A stretch of 64,000 bases of DNA from assembly GCA_963796285.1 (NCBI GenBank), contig CAWCKW010000013.1:480001-544000 (forward strand). The letters are read 5' to 3'. How positions within the stretch are numbered: the stretch's first letter is position 1; each line of letters begins with the position of its first letter. The notes beneath the pieces are model-generated. The model saw nothing but the letters and a program-made list of their open reading frames with translations. It searched no databases and was not told where the DNA came from. This document shows positions 60,529-64,000 of the stretch, piece after piece. Origin of the DNA: Nitrospirota bacterium. GTDB lineage: Bacteria > Nitrospirota > UBA9217. A program made the position numbers and the translations under genes.

Positions 60529-62739
60529 TTACAAATCATCCAGATCATTCATGGTCCCATCCATGTTCTTGCGCACCAGCACCTCCCGCGGCTTTGACCC
60601 GTCAGCAGCTCCGACAATACCGTCCTCCTGCATCATCTCGATCATGCGTGCGGCGCGGTTATAGCCCACGCGGAGCCTGCGCTGGATGAACGACGTGGAC
60701 GCCTGGCCGTTCAGCTGGACCAGCTCAACGGCCCGCTGGTACAGTTCGTCCCGTTCGCTGTCCTCAACTTCCGCAACCTGGGCCTCGACGATCTCCTTTG
60801 CCCGCTGCTGGAGCAGCTCGTAGTTGGGCTTACCCTGCTTCTTGACGAACTCCACCACCCGTTTGATCTCGGCCTCGGACACAAAACAGCCGTGTGCCCG
60901 GATGATGTGTGACGAGCCGGGAGGCTGGAACAACATGTCGCCCATGCCGAGGAGGTTCTCCGCGCCGTTCGCGTCGAGGATGGTGCGCGAGTCGGTCTTG
61001 GAAGAGACCTGGAAGGATATCCTTGCCGGCAGGTTCGCCTTGATGAGGCCGGTGATCACGTCCACGCTCGGTCGCTGGGTCGCCACGATCAGATGGATTC
61101 CTGCGGCCCGTGCCATCTGGGCCAGGCGCATGACCGAGTCTTCGATCTCTCGCGCCACGGTCATCATGAGATCAGCGAGCTCGTCAATGATCACCACGAT
61201 GTAGGGCAGCCGCTCTGCCTCGGGCATGGCCTTGTTGTAGGAATCGATGTTCTTATTCCCCTTCTCCGCCAGCGTGCGGTACCGTCGCTCCATTTCGGCC
61301 ACGATGGCCCGGAGCGTCTCTGCCGCCTTCTTGGGCTGGGTGACGACCGGCGAGAGGAGATGGGGTATCCCTTCGTAGACCGAAAGCTCGAGCATTTTGG
61401 GGTCGACCAGGGCAAGCTTGACCTCGCTCGGTTTTGCATTGTACAGCAGCGCCAGGATAATGGAGTTGATGGCAACGCTCTTACCCGAGCCGGTGGCGCC
61501 TGCCACGAGCATGTGCGGCATCTTGTCAATGCTGCCGATCACCGACGCGCCGAAGATGTCCTTTCCCAGGGGGATCTTGAGCTTCGACTTGTTCGACTGA
61601 TACTCCGGGGTCTCGAGGATCTGGCGGAAGTAGACGGTCTCGCGGGTGTTGTTCGGCACCTCGATCCCGACCGCGGCCTTGCCCGGCAGCGGCGCCACGA
61701 TGCGCACACTCCCGGCCTTCATGGCGAGCGCCAGGTCGTCTGCGAGGTTCACGATCCTGCTCACCTTCACGCCCGGCGCCGGCTCGAACTCGAACATGGT
61801 GACCACAGGGCCCGGGTAGACCTGCGTGATGCGTCCCTGGATGTCGAAGTCCTGCAGCTTGTGCTGCAGCAGCTCGGACTGGGCGATCATATCCTCTTTC
61901 GAGACCTTCTTCTCGATCAACGGGACAGGATCAAGCAGGTCCAGTGACGGGAGCTCGTAGGCATCTTTGACGTCTCTGGCCTCTTTTGTGCCCATGAACT
62001 CGAAAGTCGCCTGCACCGGTTTTGGCGGTTTTTCCGGTTTTACGATTCTCGGGGCCTGGGGCTCCGGCTGCTTCCGGGTATCCACGATCTTCGGCGGTTC
62101 CTTCGGCGCAGCCGGCCGCGTTCTGGCCTCCCGCGCCTTTTCTCTGCGTCCGCGATACACGGTAATCAGAATATCGACTTGCTCCGTCGTACGTCCATAC
62201 AGATTGCGCAGCCATGCCAGCGCCTTGAGCGGAGAGAAAGGCGTGAGAAGCATAAGGGCAATGACCATGGCCGTGAATGTGATGATGTAGGCGCCGATAT
62301 TGGAAAAACCGGCAATGAGCCGGCGCGCTATGAACCCTCCGAGCATGCCGCCTGACGGAATGGTCTCCCCGAACAACCGGGTCGTTTCGCTCCCGAGCCC
62401 GAAGAACGCTCCAGTGGAGAGGAAGAACACGATGCCGCCGACCTTCTTGAGAAGCGGGTGCGCCGCTTCCTGCCGGAGGGTGAAGAACAGGGCATACCCG
62501 AACATGAGGAGCGGGATCACATAGGCAGAGAGACCGAAGAGATGGAGGAGTGCGTCGGAGACATAGGCGCCGATGATCCCGATGGTGTTCCTGATCGCCG
62601 CGCCGCTGCCCGAGACGCTGAAGCACGGGTCGATGGCGCTGTACGAGACCAGGCTGAGCATGATAAGCAGCCCGATTGCGAAAAGCAGCAGCCCGACCAT
62701 CTCGTTCCAGTGCTTATGTTTGACTGCAGAAACCGCCAT
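60529..62739 (-). CDS. ftsK: DNA translocase FtsK
   Basis: N-terminal TMs, GATGSGKS, IDELADLM, ATQRPSVDV, gamma domain QRRLRVGYNRAAR. Confidence 0.97.
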   Translation of the reverse strand: MAVSAVKHKHWNEMVGLLLFAIGLLIMLSLVSYSAIDPCFSVSGSGAAIRNTIGIIGAYVSDALLHLFGLSAYVIPLLMFGYALFFTLRQEAAHPLLKKVGGIVFFLSTGAFFGLGSETTRLFGETIPSGGMLGGFIARRLIAGFSNIGAYIITFTAMVIALMLLTPFSPLKALAWLRNLYGRTTEQVDILITVYRGRREKAREARTRPAAPKEPPKIVDTRKQPEPQAPRIVKPEKPPKPVQATFEFMGTKEARDVKDAYELPSLDLLDPVPLIEKKVSKEDMIAQSELLQHKLQDFDIQGRITQVYPGPVVTMFEFEPAPGVKVSRIVNLADDLALAMKAGSVRIVAPLPGKAAVGIEVPNNTRETVYFRQILETPEYQSNKSKLKIPLGKDIFGASVIGSIDKMPHMLVAGATGSGKSVAINSIILALLYNAKPSEVKLALVDPKMLELSVYEGIPHLLSPVVTQPKKAAETLRAIVAEMERRYRTLAEKGNKNIDSYNKAMPEAERLPYIVVIIDELADLMMTVAREIEDSVMRLAQMARAAGIHLIVATQRPSVDVITGLIKANLPARISFQVSSKTDSRTILDANGAENLLGMGDMLFQPPGSSHIIRAHGCFVSEAEIKRVVEFVKKQGKPNYELLQQRAKEIVEAQVAEVEDSERDELYQRAVELVQLNGQASTSFIQRRLRVGYNRAARMIEMMQEDGIVGAADGSKPREVLVRKNMDGTMNDLDDL

Positions 62740-62740
62740 G

Positions 62741-63556
62741 TCAGAACATCCATCCTTTATGCCAGTAGGAGGCGAGGACTATCAGACCGAACACGATCCG
62801 GTAATACGCAAACCACGAAAAATCGTGCTTTGAAACGAACCCGAGGAACGCCCTGACGACCACGAGTGCGGAAAAAAACGCCGTGATAAATCCGACGGCA
62901 AAAAGCGGGATGTCCGCGGCCGAAAGCGCGTGCAGGTTTTTCAAAAGGTCATACCCGGTGGCGGCAAACATGGTGGGAATAGCGAGAAAGAAGGAAAATT
63001 CCACTGCCACGGCCCTGTCGAACCCGATCACGAGTCCCCCCATGATCGTGGCTCCGGAACGCGACACTCCCGGGAACAGTGCGAGGCACTGGGCGAACCC
63101 CACGCCCAATGCCTGCTTCAGAGTTATGCCATCGACCTCCTTCACATGAGCCCGGTGGTCCATCTTTTCAATCAGCAGGATGGCAACTCCTCCTACTATG
63201 AGCGCCCCCGCAACAGTGATGGGATTGAAAAGATACGCTTTGATGGCCTTGTGCGTGAGCAGTCCGAGGAATGCTGCCGGAAGGAAGGCCATCATGATAT
63301 TCATCGCAAGAGAGCGGTCCTCTTTTCGGGTTGGCAACCCCTTGAGCACGGAGAGAATCCTTTCTCGATAAATCCAGACGACCGAGAGGATCGCCCCCAG
63401 TTGTATGAAAACCTCGAAGACCTTTGCCTTTTCGTCATCAAAGCCGAGAAGGTCGCCGGCAAGGATCAGGTGTCCTGTTGACGAGACGGGAATGAACTCA
63501 GTTATCCCCTCCACGATCCCCAGGACCAGTCCCTTTAACAGAAGCAGTATATCCAT
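62741..63556 (-). CDS. uppP: Undecaprenyl-diphosphate phosphatase
   Basis: EGITEFIPVSSTGH, PGVSRSGAT, FSFFLAIP. Confidence 0.96.
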   Translation of the reverse strand: MDILLLLKGLVLGIVEGITEFIPVSSTGHLILAGDLLGFDDEKAKVFEVFIQLGAILSVVWIYRERILSVLKGLPTRKEDRSLAMNIMMAFLPAAFLGLLTHKAIKAYLFNPITVAGALIVGGVAILLIEKMDHRAHVKEVDGITLKQALGVGFAQCLALFPGVSRSGATIMGGLVIGFDRAVAVEFSFFLAIPTMFAATGYDLLKNLHALSAADIPLFAVGFITAFFSALVVVRAFLGFVSKHDFSWFAYYRIVFGLIVLASYWHKGWMF

Positions 63557-64000
63557 CTATCGCCTTTCCTTGAACATCGTTTCGCAGTCCACGATATCAC
63601 CTTCTGCGACCAAACCATAGGCCGTTGGCCCGGATGATAACACGTATGACGCCTATCATGAGGAGGCTCGTAAGAAACCAGCCGCCCCGAAGTCGGAATC
63701 ATCGCGGGTGTGGAGGCATTATTTCACAAAGCAGGCAGGATTTCAAGATGTTTTGAAGTTGCTGCAAAAAAGGGACGCCATGCTTGACCAATCATCTCCT
63801 TTTTCACATGGTGGGTCGGGCAAGATTGGTCATGCAGCTTGTGTGGCAGGATACCTGAAAAAGTTAATCGCTGATGACACCTGATTCAAATCACCATATT
63901 GGTGCGAGGAAAAAAATTGCGGCGCTGAATCATCAGCGCCGCATGGCATACTGGTATAATAACATCCGAATTAACATTCAACAAGCGCAGGACGAACCGA

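Noticed and set aside
63557-63660. Small ORF or remnant upstream of uppP
   Set aside because: About 20 codons, no clear SD or family match

Overview
Chromosomal window (roughly 55-60% GC by eye) of an anaerobic, probably Nitrospirota/Desulfobacterota-like bacterium (inferred from gene content). It holds housekeeping genes (atpB end, atpE, gltX, pdxA, rlmN, yajQ, lolA, recQ, HU, csp, ftsK, uppP) and two large minus-strand clusters. (1) A ~23 kb one-carbon/Wood-Ljungdahl cluster (11.3-34.4 kb): cooC-ygfA-folE-[GltD/NfnB-like flavoprotein-ferredoxin-MvhD fusion]-metV-metF-panB, then thyX-cooC-DUF2520(panG-like)-acsE-acsD-acsC-acsB-nuoE-like-nuoF-like-selenocysteine fdhA-cNMP-binding protein-fhs. 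No CODH (acsA/cooS), folD or acsV is present in the window. (2) A ~18.6 kb chemosensory cluster (36.0-54.6 kb) with DUF4388, ExeA-like ATPase, HEAT and GAF proteins and three extra-long MCPs; one MCP carries a C-terminal PhnD-like binding domain and one has an AT-rich CxxCH sensor region. Best novelty candidates: the single-chain NAD(P)H-ferredoxin-MvhD partner of MetVF, the MCP-PhnD fusion, 7-/9-nt periodic inverted-repeat spacers at many gene junctions, an orphan group-IIC-intron domain-I-like RNA, and a secreted protein with a Gly-Cys tail that the ORF track missed. Several genes are split by single-base indels that look like sequencing errors. All family calls come from motif recognition by eye; no searches were run.
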